In this document: in pieces, positions 43,351 through 55,100 of the stretch | Layout: each line of letters begins with the position of its first letter | Numbering within the stretch: the first letter of the stretch is position 1 | Source of the DNA: Catajapyx aquilonaris | Taxonomy: Eukaryota | DNA length: 64,000 nt | Assembly: GCA_000934665.2 (NCBI GenBank) | Contig: KZ538478.1 | Coordinates: forward strand, 1-64,000 | Direction: 5' to 3' | Made by a program: the position numbers and the translations under genes | The notes under the pieces: model-generated | What the model saw: only the letters and a program-made list of their open reading frames with translations | What the model was told of the DNA's origin: nothing | The model's database searches: none

Positions 43351-44386
43351 TTAAACCTAAATACACAATGAGCACCGGTAGTTTAAGTGTTGCATTATTA
43401 ACAGGTCTTTATCGGCAATATTTATCCAATTCTCTAGAAATTTCTGTGAATGAATATGCGCCTAGGCCTATATATTGTAAGGAATTTATGTGCTAATATG
43501 TGCTGTTGCATATATGGTCATTCCATATGTGAGTTAGTTCAAAAAAAATTAAATAGTTCCTCCAGAATATTTCTAGAAACCCGACATTTGGCACTTAGGG
43601 TATCACCATCATGTCAAAGTCTAAGGGCCACATTTATTCTTTCCCGTTATAGTGTCACGAGCAATGATGAGGTAAAAAATATAGAGAATCTCCCATTCTT
43701 ATGTTTACAATAATCAGCTTCTCTCGGTAACTATGAATTACACGTTCACGGAAAAAGTGGGTTTAAATGAAAAAGTAGGCCCATGCCGAATCCGCCAATA
43801 ACCTGCAAAGATATCTGTGATTGAAATCACGTGTCATTTTGGTATATCAAAGTGCGTGACTCTTGCCCTTTATACTTATAGGCTATAGTATCGTAGCCTA
43901 ATACGGTAGATGCGATTTTTTTTAATGTTAAAAGACATGAGCTACTATATTCCTACCCCATTTAGCGCTGTATGATTCAATTTTATGTTCGTATTAGGAT
44001 CCGAGATGTAAAGTAAACATACCGGTACCTATACTGCAGGTGTCGGATGCGCATAAATTTATTTACCCATCTCGCGCAATAAAGGAATTTGAGGCAGCAT
44101 ATTTGTGAGCCATACAAAGCTGAAAATTAATAAAATAAATCATAATAATCTCTCGTTCCTTATGTACACTACTCAGGATGAACTGAGTTTGCATGAAAGT
44201 TCTCATGATGGCGAGAAACTTTATACCTATGTGAAATTTGCCAAAGACTTTCAGGAAACCTGAATCATTGATTTTACCTTGATTTTACTGCTTAGAAAAC
44301 ACACACATTTTTGACCAGTGAAACTAGGGTAGAATTTTCGTCGTACTACAAGACTATAGTTAACTTACTTGTAACTTAGCGGTACC

Positions 44387-44574
44387 CAGTGGCGGATCCA
44401 GGGGGGGGGGGGCGAAGGGGCGATCGCCCCCCCCCCCCTGGCCCCCCCAGGAAAAAAAAGGAAAAAAAAAAAAAAAAAAAAANNNNNNNNNNNNNNNNNN
44501 NNNNNNNNNNNNNNNNNNNNNNNNNNNNCCCCCCCCCCCCCCCCCTCAGAAAAAAATATCTGGATCCGCCACTA
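44387..44574. mobile_element. hAT-type MITE copy spanning an N gap
   Basis: CAGTGGCGGATCCAG ... CTGGATCCGCCACT termini. Confidence 0.75.
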
Positions 44575-46219
44575 CTATAGTTACTACCAACTTGGTGCTG
44601 CGAAGTTAGCATTAACGAGCAGTGGGGCGAAAATTGTCCATTGTTTGCATTAAAGCAGTGCACAGTGCCGCGGATTGCAAAAAAAGCGGACAAAAATTGA
44701 AATACTCACTTGATTACCGTGAAAAAAATTTTACCGAGGTTTTCCATGTCGGTGATTTCAAATCTAGTGTCAAAATTATAAAACTCAGCATGGCGGATTC
44801 AATATGACGAATAGGTGTGCTATTTTTTCGGCTCTGCGTGGAAATATGCAGGAAGGGGATGAGAGTAAAAGTAATTTGTTCAAAAATGAATTCATTTGTA
44901 ACTCTGAGAACCGTATCCAGCACTGGGGCTTGCCTCTCACTTCGGAAAACTCCAAAATTGATTTAATTCTCGCAAGGTATACAACAGTTTCAGCACATTC
45001 GTCAATAGCACGATTCTCAAGGTTGTGATTCCATGTATTTTAACGTATTTCATAATTAAATCAGCCTAACAGTTGGCCGGTAGTAATTTAATTTCGAGTT
45101 TTTGCGGCGATTCTCTTGGAAAATCGATTAATTTTTCGACTTCTAGAAGTGGAAAATTGTTCCAAACATATTCATAGTGTAGGTACCGGTACTTGGATAG
45201 AATAATTTCCTACCCCACTCGTCCCAAGCCATTATTGCAAGGCCGTATTTTAAAGTTCATTTTGAAATATTTCACCTGCTTAAAATCTGCAGTTTGCAAG
45301 TGCATTATGTGGAGAGGTGGCAAGCAAGCAGTAGCTAGACAGTGATAATAAATTCTAACTTCTCAGATCTGCCTTACTTTGGACCACATAGTGTGAAGTG
45401 AAAGTTCTAAATGGAAACTCCATAAATATGTTGTGAAACAAGGCTAATTTGTAATTTTATTTGGAATAGCTGGAAGAAAATTTGACATCATAGAGCCTAC
45501 TGGGATTATGAAAAGATTGTTTCTGATGAATAAAAGAATTACTTGTCCCCTATTTTTAAACAGTGGCCCCTTTTCCAATCTTGCACACATAAAGCAGAAA
45601 GTTTATTGCTATTAATTTATAATGTAAATTAATGTAGAATAGGGGAGGGGGACAAGTGAGACAACACTAGGTCCCGCAGTAAGTGACTTCGGTGAGGGAC
45701 CTCCGCAGTTGGAGGTGGAGGAGGCACTACTGATATCACGGAATCTGTCATCACTCATATCTCGAAAATGGCTGCGAAATGCAGCTTTTTACGCTTGCCA
45801 GTGAATTCTACAGATGCATTGGGTGTCTTCCTGGACACTGCTCTTCAGGGCCACATATGGGTGGTGTCAGACTCATTCTCAGCATTGCAGACAGTCGCCA
45901 ATCCTCGTTCTGCTGTTCTGAGAGCAGTGTGATGTTCTCAGGTGCTATTGAGCTATGCAACTAGCACCTCACAGGTACTGAGAGAAATTTTCAGCACAAT
46001 TTGAACAGTGGTTCTTCCACAATCATAACAGCTCGGAAAAACCATCAAATCAAACATCATCATCACTGCCAAAGGAATGGTAAGGGGGGTTCAGACAGAG
46101 ATACGGGTGACAAAACTGACAAACAATACTAACCAAAATATGGATTCACACTGATGAAAGTAAAAGGGGTCAGTCAGGCTTCTTGATGAGAAGCCAGTCA
46201 AGCCACATTTTGAGGTGAC

Positions 46220-46509
46220 CCCACCACCACAACAACAACAACAACAACAACAATGGATACCCCGTGATATGCTTCCTTGGGCCTTTTAGGGGATCGTAAT
46301 TTATTTGACCGTCTTCAATTATTGCCTGTGCTGTGAGGGGTTTTGATTGGGAGGAAACGGGAGAGCCCGGAGAAAACCCATGCAAACAAGGAGAGAACTT
46401 GTTGAAACTCGATCTACGTAAGTATCCTCTGTCTCACCTGGGAATCGAGCCCGGACCTTAGAGGTGGAAGGCTGTGGCGCTACAAACCACTACACCACTG
46501 TGCCACCCA
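46220..46509 (-). mobile_element. tRNA-derived SINE with V-domain-like core (family E)
   Basis: Head GGCACAGTGGTGTAGTGG...GCTCGATTCCC; core TGCATGGGTTTTCTCCGGGCTCTCCCGTTTCCTCCC resembles the V-SINE domain; tail TATCACGGGGTA then (TTG)n. Confidence 0.8.
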
Positions 46510-46759
46510 TACAGATATTGAATTACATAAATGAAGGGGAGCAGGGGTGGATCCATTTTGGTTGGTTGTTGTTTTTCTTCGGGGGGGGGGGGGGGNGGGG
46601 GGCAAAGCTTGTAAGCCAATTTAGGTTACAGTTGTGAGAAGAGGGGCAATAAATTCAAACGTGAAACCATGATTTTTAACGCTTCTTCTGTCTGATTTTT
46701 AAAAATATTTCATTAATTTCATTTTTTTTATTACTTTGCCTCTCGGGGCCCCCCTGGAT

Positions 46760-47030
46760 CCATGGTGGTCTGGTGGTTACGCCACTGTCCAGTCAAGTGC
46801 AGGTAGGCCGGGGTTCAAATCCCGTCCCCATCACCTCTGCTTGGCCGGGTCTTTTCCCGCTTTTCACCCGACATGCCGGGGCAGAATTACACTCCCTACT
46901 CTGCCCAGGGCCAGGAGAAAAGGCCTGTGGTGTTTAAAGAATGTCAGAAATGACTACCACACAGCGCTCTCCCTTAGGAACCTCCCCTTCCCCCCTAAAA
47001 GGGCCCCGCCCTATCACTGTGTTTTTTTTA
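46760..47030 (+). mobile_element. tRNA-derived SINE (family A copy)
   Basis: Body nearly identical to 4308-4600. Confidence 0.85.
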
Positions 47031-48114
47031 AATGTACATAAATGATTCTGCAACAATGGGTACAGATTCCAGAAGCCGAATCTTAAATTTTTTGTCCAGG
47101 TGCAAAGTTTGCACTCCAGACTTTTATTTGGAGTGCAAATTACTTCCATGTTGTGCTTAATCTTTAATTACTGGGTTCAGCCATAGTTAAAAATCAGGTT
47201 AACTGGAGTGCAAGCTTTGCACTCCAAGGCTCAGTTTGGAGTGCAGATGACAATTTTGGAGTGCAAATTGCACCTTTACATCTGAATATTTCGACCCCTG
47301 AGGTTCAAATGGGTAATACAGTACAATGGAAGGAGGCATAATTGCACTGTAGTAACATATGCACCTAGGGATGGAAGGGATCCCAAGCCCAGGTTTTCCC
47401 TCCTTTCATTTTGCACAGAGCTGGGTCATCTCTGGATTCGTCTCTGGTGGGATTCCTCGACCCTAACCACCCAGGGTAACTCACTAAATGCCCAAGCAAC
47501 AACATTGCACTTGTACCTCACCTCCTACTCACCTGCCCGATCTGCGAACCCAGGCACATCAACCAAAAATTAGAAAACAAAAACTGTATACCTGTTGAAG
47601 AAAATAAAAGTCTGTGCAAAATGGTAAACCACTTTTGAGGTGTGCACTATACCCAATTATTACTACACTATACTCCCGATTATCTGGGCTAATGACTGCA
47701 AGGGTGTCACCGGATAATCGAAACATAGTTCTAGATACCGTAAAAGTGAGCTGTTTGGAGGTTTTAAATGAATGAGTGTACATACTATGCACTTCTTTAA
47801 ATAAGATTGAATCAAAATAATGAAACTTCCCACATGTCTTCTGGAAAAAGTATGTTATATTTCTTTGTTTTCAAGACATATCGGCATTTGTTAGGACATG
47901 AATTTATTTTCCTTTGATTTGGCAGTGCACGGATAATCCGCACCCGGATAATGAGGAGTACTGTGTAATTACAATGGGAGGATGTGATTTTGGAAACATT
48001 AATATCATTTATTCCCAATTTTTATTCCCAACCATGAACAATTGGCATCTTGAAAAGCAAATCATATTGTACCATTGCTTGACAAATTATAAAAAATTAG
48101 GCCTAGGTCAAGGT

Positions 48115-48330
48115 TAAGTCTACCAGGTCCGCCATTGAGCAGGACAAAAAAGCATCTCTCCTGCACATGACGCCACTAGGTGCATGGCACATGTGTTATC
48201 ACGGCAAGTCATATTATTAAGCACTGGTGTCGACTGCTTCAAGGGTGTAGCCTGAGTATTGAAAAGGAATACCCCTTATGTATGAGTGGGCTTGTTTTTG
48301 TCCTGCGCAATGGCTGAGCTGATAGACTTA
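48115..48330. mobile_element. MITE with ~40-bp imperfect TIRs
   Basis: aagtctaccaggtccgccattgagcaggacaaaaa matches the reverse complement of tttttgtcctgcgcaatggctgagctgatagactt. Confidence 0.6.
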
Positions 48331-48514
48331 TAAGTGGAATTCTAGAACTTGGGGTCTATACTACCCTGTAAAATATTTTAGAAATCTAAAATTAATTTGG
48401 TGGCATTTAGCCATTAAGAGCATGATTTTTCAAAAAAAAAACATACGGTTCATCCGTGTTGCCTCTGTATAAATGATTCAAATCTGAACTGAGAAGCATG
48501 ACATTATATTAGCG

Positions 48515-48923
48515 TATCCAGAAAGTAAGGTCTGGTTATTTATTACAAAAACCACAATGCACTCTCAAAATTTTTATTTGCACATCTGAAATCGACAATT
48601 GTCTACTTTTTTTCCTAATAGTTTCCAAACAAATCGAGACATTTTTCATTGAGTTACAGAAGATTTTGTATGCCTATGTCATAGAGGTCAGCCAGCCATT
48701 TTTGTGATCCCTGAATGCTGGATTGCAATCCAGAAAATGGCTGGCGGCTGACCTCTATGACGTAGGCATACAAAATCTGGTGTACCTCAATGAAAAATGC
48801 CTCGATTTGTTTCTAAACTATTTTGATAAAAAGAAGACAGTTGTCGATTTCAGATGTCTAAATAAAATTTTGGGGGTGCATTGTGGTTTTTCTAATAAAT
48901 AAATGGACCATACTTTCCAGATA
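48515..48923. mobile_element. Mariner-derived foldback (two head-to-head transposon 3' ends) just downstream of the ADAR stop codon
   Basis: ~190-nt inverted arms; one arm translates LAADLYDVGIQNLVYLNEKCLDLFLNYFDK, resembling the mariner transposase C-terminus. Confidence 0.8.
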
Positions 48924-49005
48924 TTTTGTATAATATCATGAGTATTCCATACACACTTTAATTATCCATGAAAAACCGTTTCTGCCACTGGTATAAATGC
49001 AGGCT

Positions 49006-49119
49006 TCAATATTCACTAGGTACATCTTCAAACACAAACTGGTCTTGCTCAATGGGCTTTGTGATCCACGTTCCCAAGCCAGCGTCTTGGAATGCCATAT
49101 ACAGGTGGATTTTGGCATT
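49006..49119 (-). CDS. Adar: ADAR terminal coding exon
   Basis: TTTCAG acceptor, phase 0; [41 protein letters not shown], the canonical ADAR C-terminus. Confidence 0.95.
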   Translation of the reverse strand, partial: NAKIHLYMAFQDAGLGTWITKPIEQDQFVFEDVPSEY

Positions 49120-52100
49120 CTGAAATGGGACAAAACCACATTTTCACTGGCTGCCATCCAATGTCTTAAGTTGTTGATATTTCACATGTACAATAAAACC
49201 TCGATTATTATCCATCACCCACAGGACTGGAGCATGATCGGAAAGCAAAAAATGTAGGACAATCCGAGAAGCACTTTAAAAAACCTTAATAAAACGCAAC
49301 AAAGAGCATGTAAAAATTTGAAATTCTCTATGGTGGTTTTCTAATAAAGTGAAGAAAGGGTAATGTTTTACATACAGAGTGTACTGTATTTATTTACAGT
49401 TTAACTAAGGAAACACAAGACAAAACACACAGTAAGTAGTGTAGTACAACATTTGATGAGAAAACGTAGATTTATTGCAGGCGAAAAAAACCTTTTATAC
49501 TGTAATGTTCTGTTTTAAAGACGATATTCTATCCTTATCTGCTTAGTCTCTCCACTTCTTTAGCCACAAAATCTCCATAAGTGTTGAATGAGGATGCTGT
49601 TCTATAAGAGAAGGACAGTCGGATCAACCGAGGAGTTGGATAATCGAGGTTCTACTGTAGCTCGAATAAAAGTCTTACAGACATAAAGCAGAAAGTTTGT
49701 TGGTATATGGGTGATTCTCCAAAAACCTACCGTACCATTTTCAAGGCAAAAATTAATGAATTTCAAAACTTCTTTTAAAAATCTGAAAAAAATTACACTT
49801 ACTCTATAGGAAGTCACAAACAAGGAAAAAATCAGGGGAACTACCTTTCATACTGTGCGAATACTGTGATTGAAACTAGTCATTTAAATTTTAGCCACCA
49901 GGAGAGTGACAGATGGTGCCAGGAGAGTGACATAACCAGTATATCTGTGGCTCAGAAAATATTTAATCTAATCAAAGCATGTACATCTTCCATGCTCAGA
50001 TGTATCCAAATAACTAGTGTTCAGAGTTTCACGTCTTTATCACCAAATCCACGCTCCAAATTCACTTAGAGAGGTATGATGTGCCCGTTAAATCTAGCAA
50101 CCCCGAGAGTGACCCACAGCAGGGTCATCCATAGCGGCCCATTTTCAGACATGTTCAGAAGTGTCCAAAGACCAATTGTAGCGAGTTTCATGTTTTTATC
50201 ACCGAATGCAAGGTCCTAAAGGTATGCTGCACTTGGTAGATATGGCAACCCGGTGAAAGTGACCCCCGGCGGGGTCAGTCATCGTGGCCATATGTCCAGA
50301 TACGCTAAGAAGTGTCCAAAGAAAGAGTGTACCGAGTTTCATACTTTTATCACAAAATTCAAAGGTCAAACCCTGAGCACCCGGACTACTGGCACAGAAA
50401 CTGCCAGGAGAATGAATATTACTGCCAGGAGTGTTAGCGCCACGAGAATGAGTTTTGGATGCATTAGGATTAATATAAAGGTCCAGAACAAACGTTGACC
50501 ATGGAAATTTCTGTCAGGTGATGACATCCTCTAATGCCGTGGAATCACAGTTATTTCAAAATATTTGAGTTATTATGTGGTATAGAATATGCCTGCCAGG
50601 AGACTGAGAGCAAAATGTGCTACATAACTCAATTAAAAACTTCTTACCATATTACCTCTCATAAAGCGGCATGCCGGTGTAGTCTACGTCAACCAGTTTT
50701 TAGAAATGCATGATCTGGTGGCTATACCAGCATGCCGGTAGAAGGTGAGGTATGCTGGTATAAGGTGAGGTTTTCACATAAGTTATAATTAGTATATAAG
50801 TACTTTCCGAACTAGACATTTACCTGAAAATCGAAATTCATGTAAAGCCTATCGAAAAGGCACATTTTCCGAATAGGGTATCCGTACCATATGCTGCTTT
50901 CAATTGCAGTGTCTGGCAATAATCTCTATTTAAACAGTATATTGGAGCAGGGGGTTCCCCTGTCAAAGCAGGCTGACAATGGGATTGGTCACACACACTA
51001 CATTTTTTATATGCACTGTGCAGCAGAACTTGCATATTCTCACAGCCTGTACACTCGCCCATTTTCATTGTAACATTATTTTAGTATACGGTACCAAATG
51101 CATTCCAAAAAATTGGGCAAGGATCAAAATTATGGAAATCTACCTCGGTTATTGCGGCATGCCGGCCTCCCCCTGATTATATACTGGCATGCTGGTCGAC
51201 CTTGTTTTACGCATTTCAAAATTGCCGCCCCATACATGTGCTTCTCTATTAATTTCCACCACTGTACATGTACAGGACTAACACGGCACATGTATGGGTC
51301 GACCATTTTGAAATATGATGTCATAGGGGCCAAATCAAGTGAATGACATACAAGGCACGGTCTTCATTCGTCTCAGTGATGTCGAATTATGCAGAAAATA
51401 CACTTTAACTGAAATAATCAGGCAGTTGAGGCACTTTCAATTAGCACACCACTGATTTTAATTGACACCCCCCTCCCCCTCCTCAAGGATGGAATTTCAT
51501 GTGCTGTGAACGAAAACCTGGCATTGAGTCCAGCTGGGAACATTTTCCCAAAGTGGCTTGCTTCTAACATCATTATTTTCACTTTTTTCCTGCATATCTC
51601 TGCTGTGATTCAAGCAGGCAGACCAATCGCTAGGTCATCCACATCACTCGCTCCCTGTAAACAGTGGCAACAATCAAAAGAACACTATAAGCGACCTCCA
51701 TGAGATGATGTCTGAATGGCGCGGTTGCCAGGTACCGGTAACACCAACGCTGTTGTTAACATTTAGGGAATGTAATTTTGTTCTGGTACTGTACGTACAA
51801 CAACTCTCTGTCGGATTGACTATATTGGGTAATTTCATATGAAATACTGGCTGGTGCACACACTTACTCAGGCCACAACAAGTCTTGCTCATGACTGTGA
51901 CATGTTCAAAGCCATCACTCCCGTGAGCACAGAGCATTTACAGACACTCTGCCTTAGCTCACAGAATATGCAGGCTATTCAAACTTTTACTATTCATTCA
52001 ATTCATTCATCACTTCCTGTGCGAAGATTGGATAACCTGCTAGTTATTTTCATAAAATCCAAACTGGCAAAACCCAGGCAATTGGTTGACATATCATGAA

Positions 52101-55100
52101 CCATTATACTTTTCTGAGGCAGTAGTAAAAATGAAGCTATAATACACAGACACAACATTATACAGTATTGCATCTCCACCTTAAAATAATATGCCCAATC
52201 TCCTTTGGTCAATGATAAAATTAACAAGTTACTTGTGTTACAGCAGTCACAGTATGAGCACGTGCTGCAAATTTTTAAAGTCCCATTCCCATTAATATCG
52301 CGGAAGGATGATGGCATGGAAGTTCCTTGCATATGCAGCTTTGTCAGGAGGTTCAGGAACACTTCTGCAGAGATTATAAGCTATTCTAGTATTACACACA
52401 CAGTCAGAGGGACCAATATCACAATACCACAAGTCAACAACAATAATTGGTTATACTAGCTGAGAGGAAGCAAAACCTCTCCTGGATATTAATTATTCCA
52501 AGCTTGTTGAATGAATGGCTGAATTCAGTGGATATAGCACACCCATTGAATGCAATACTGTAGATATTTTTGAGGCATTTCCCAGACCACCATATTACAA
52601 GTAATATAACAGGGCTACTAAACTGATGGACCTATGTTCAGATGTGGACACCAACATGACTTTGTCCAGACTGCTTCCATGTCCACATTATACAGGAGGA
52701 AAATATAATTAATATACACTCCCATGGGTTTCTATTTTCAATAAAATGGTATGCATGATCTTCCCAACCTGCTATTTCCAAGTGTGCAATTCCATCAATC
52801 TTTTATTGATGTTCCTTTCAGATTTCTGTGAGTCTAATTTTCATTCAGGATTCTTCCAGCCATTTATACAGGGTGATTCTCTTGAATGGAAGCCCAAACA
52901 TTCCTGATTATCTTTTTAACTATGGTATGGTTCCCGATGAAAATTAACATGTACTTACCTTGTATCATGCCAAACAAGGTCTGACTAAAGAATATACCAA
53001 AAGTGGTCCCCTCCAGCATCCAAGAATTTTTTAATGCGAGTCTGCATATTTCCGAAGACTCCTGCTGATTCCCGGCGGCGATCCCATCCATTCCCACCAC
53101 CCGCCTGCTTGGCGAGAGAGCCAAGTAGGCGGAGATGAGTGCAATCCTCGCCGGGAATCAGCAGGAGTCTTCGGCAATGTGCAGACTCGCATTAAAAAAT
53201 TCTTGGATGCTGGAGGGGACCACTTTTGGTATATTCATTAGTCAGACCTTGTTTGGCATGATACAAGGTACGTACATGTTAATTTTCATCGGGAACCATA
53301 CCATATTTAAAAAGTTATTGAGGAATGTTTGGGTTTCCATTCGAGAGAATCACCCTGAAAGCTGGATTCACATATACGCGAAAAAGCGTCAAAAGCGAGC
53401 GAAAAACAGCCTTCCGCGAAAAAGCGTCGACAAAAGCAATTCACGTATCGGCGAATTCCCGCAAGACGCGAGCGAATTTTGGTTACTCGCGCGTCTAAAC
53501 ACAAAATCGCGCTCGCCTGCCAGAGACAGATAGAAGCGAATTTTTGACGCGAGCGAATTTTGGAGCTGGTTCGAGCCACCCAGCGCCGCCACGCGGATTT
53601 GTCGGCCTTCCTCGGCCATGTTAGGAATGCGGATGCCGGATGCCCGAGCTCGGAAGTTACCTATTATTTTGTCGCAAACTCCAGACCCGGCCAGCCTTCG
53701 CACCACGTCCAGCTCTTGCCCCACTTGGTGCACTGTGACCTGGACCCCCTTCCGTGGTCGGTTCAGCAGCATTTTCACTGCCATGCCGGCTGCCGCCGCA
53801 GCACAGAGCTCCGCCATCTTTCTCATCCCAAGACCTCCCCCTGCCCACACCGACCCTGACCCCGTCCTCCCTCCTACCTGCCCTGCTGCACAGCTCATGC
53901 TCCATAACTAACGAGTAAGTTTTATCGCATAGCGGATACGTGAATGCCTGGAAAATTTTTCAAAAATTCGCACTCTTCGTGACGTAAAAGACGCGAAAAA
54001 GCGAAACATGAAATTCGCTCGCAAGTATTTACTCGCGTATATGTGAATCCACCTTTAGGTTGTGATAGACATTATCATCTGCCTTGAATGTAAAGTCCCT
54101 GAATTATCTTGGATGTAGTTTTGTGCAGCACTAGTATTATTCTACCCCAACATCAAGTAGTGAGAATTTGATAATTATTTTACTCTGTATGTCATATGGA
54201 ATTCTGGATGCATACTGTCTTCTGATCTGCATCACAATACAGTAAAACCTCGATGTAACGCTAGCCCTTGCACTATCCTGTTTTTAACACCCTTTTTTCC
54301 CCAGTCCCTTGGTCAGCCCCAAAAGGCCCAATGGTAAATTTTCCCGCTCATAACGCTTCCTGCTTGTAACACTTTCCCGCATATGCCGCTCGATTTTTTA
54401 AGTCCCCAGAGAAACTTATCCTGCATAAAGCATCAATTTTTTCCCCATAATCGAAGTGACAGAAATTGAAAAAAATTCTAATTTGGCTACAGATTTTTAC
54501 AACATTTTGCGGATTTTCCCCTTGTTTTGCTTTTATTTCTTGTCATAGGAAAAAAACCATGTGTCAATACATGATGGTCACCTTTATTAATGAATATTAT
54601 TTTATAATTAGTTGAAAATGGCGGTTTTATCGAAATTTTTAAAAGACAAAACAATTAAAATCTCTGCTAACATGGTACCTAGGACAACCAACCGAAGCAG
54701 TAGTGGTGTAGTGGTATGGTGTCCGACTGCTAATCGGGAGGTCCTGGGTTCGAATCCCGGAGGCCGGCGACCCTGATCATGGTTTTCTGTGGTTTCCCAT
54801 GGTCATCGCAGGATAATTCCGGGGTCTTTACCGTAATTATAGGCCACAGCCGCTTCCTTCCTTACCTATCCTTGCTTCAATTCCGATGAAAAGTATAGTA
54901 AAAATGGAAAGAGTTCCAGACAAAAAAATGGGAGAAATCCCCCCCTAATAAAGCCTAAAGGGCTGATAATGGGGTATCAATTATTATTATTACCTAGGAC
55001 AACCATTCCTTTTTTCGAACCTCTTTTGAACCCGCTTTCAAACATTCTTTCCACTTTTAATTTTTACCATAAGTTTAAGCTTGAGAAATGAAAAACCTCT

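Noticed and set aside
52003..52362. ORF with faint resemblance to an ADAR C-terminal helix (FLNLLTKL)
   Set aside because: No conserved ADAR motif on either side and no compatible exon structure.
53389..53911. Overlapping long ORFs on both strands
   Set aside because: GC-rich interior of a non-autonomous transposon; no transposase motif recognised.
54691..54770. tRNA-Ser-like gene (and other tRNA-like heads)
   Set aside because: No proper acceptor stem or long variable arm; embedded in TSD-flanked SINEs.
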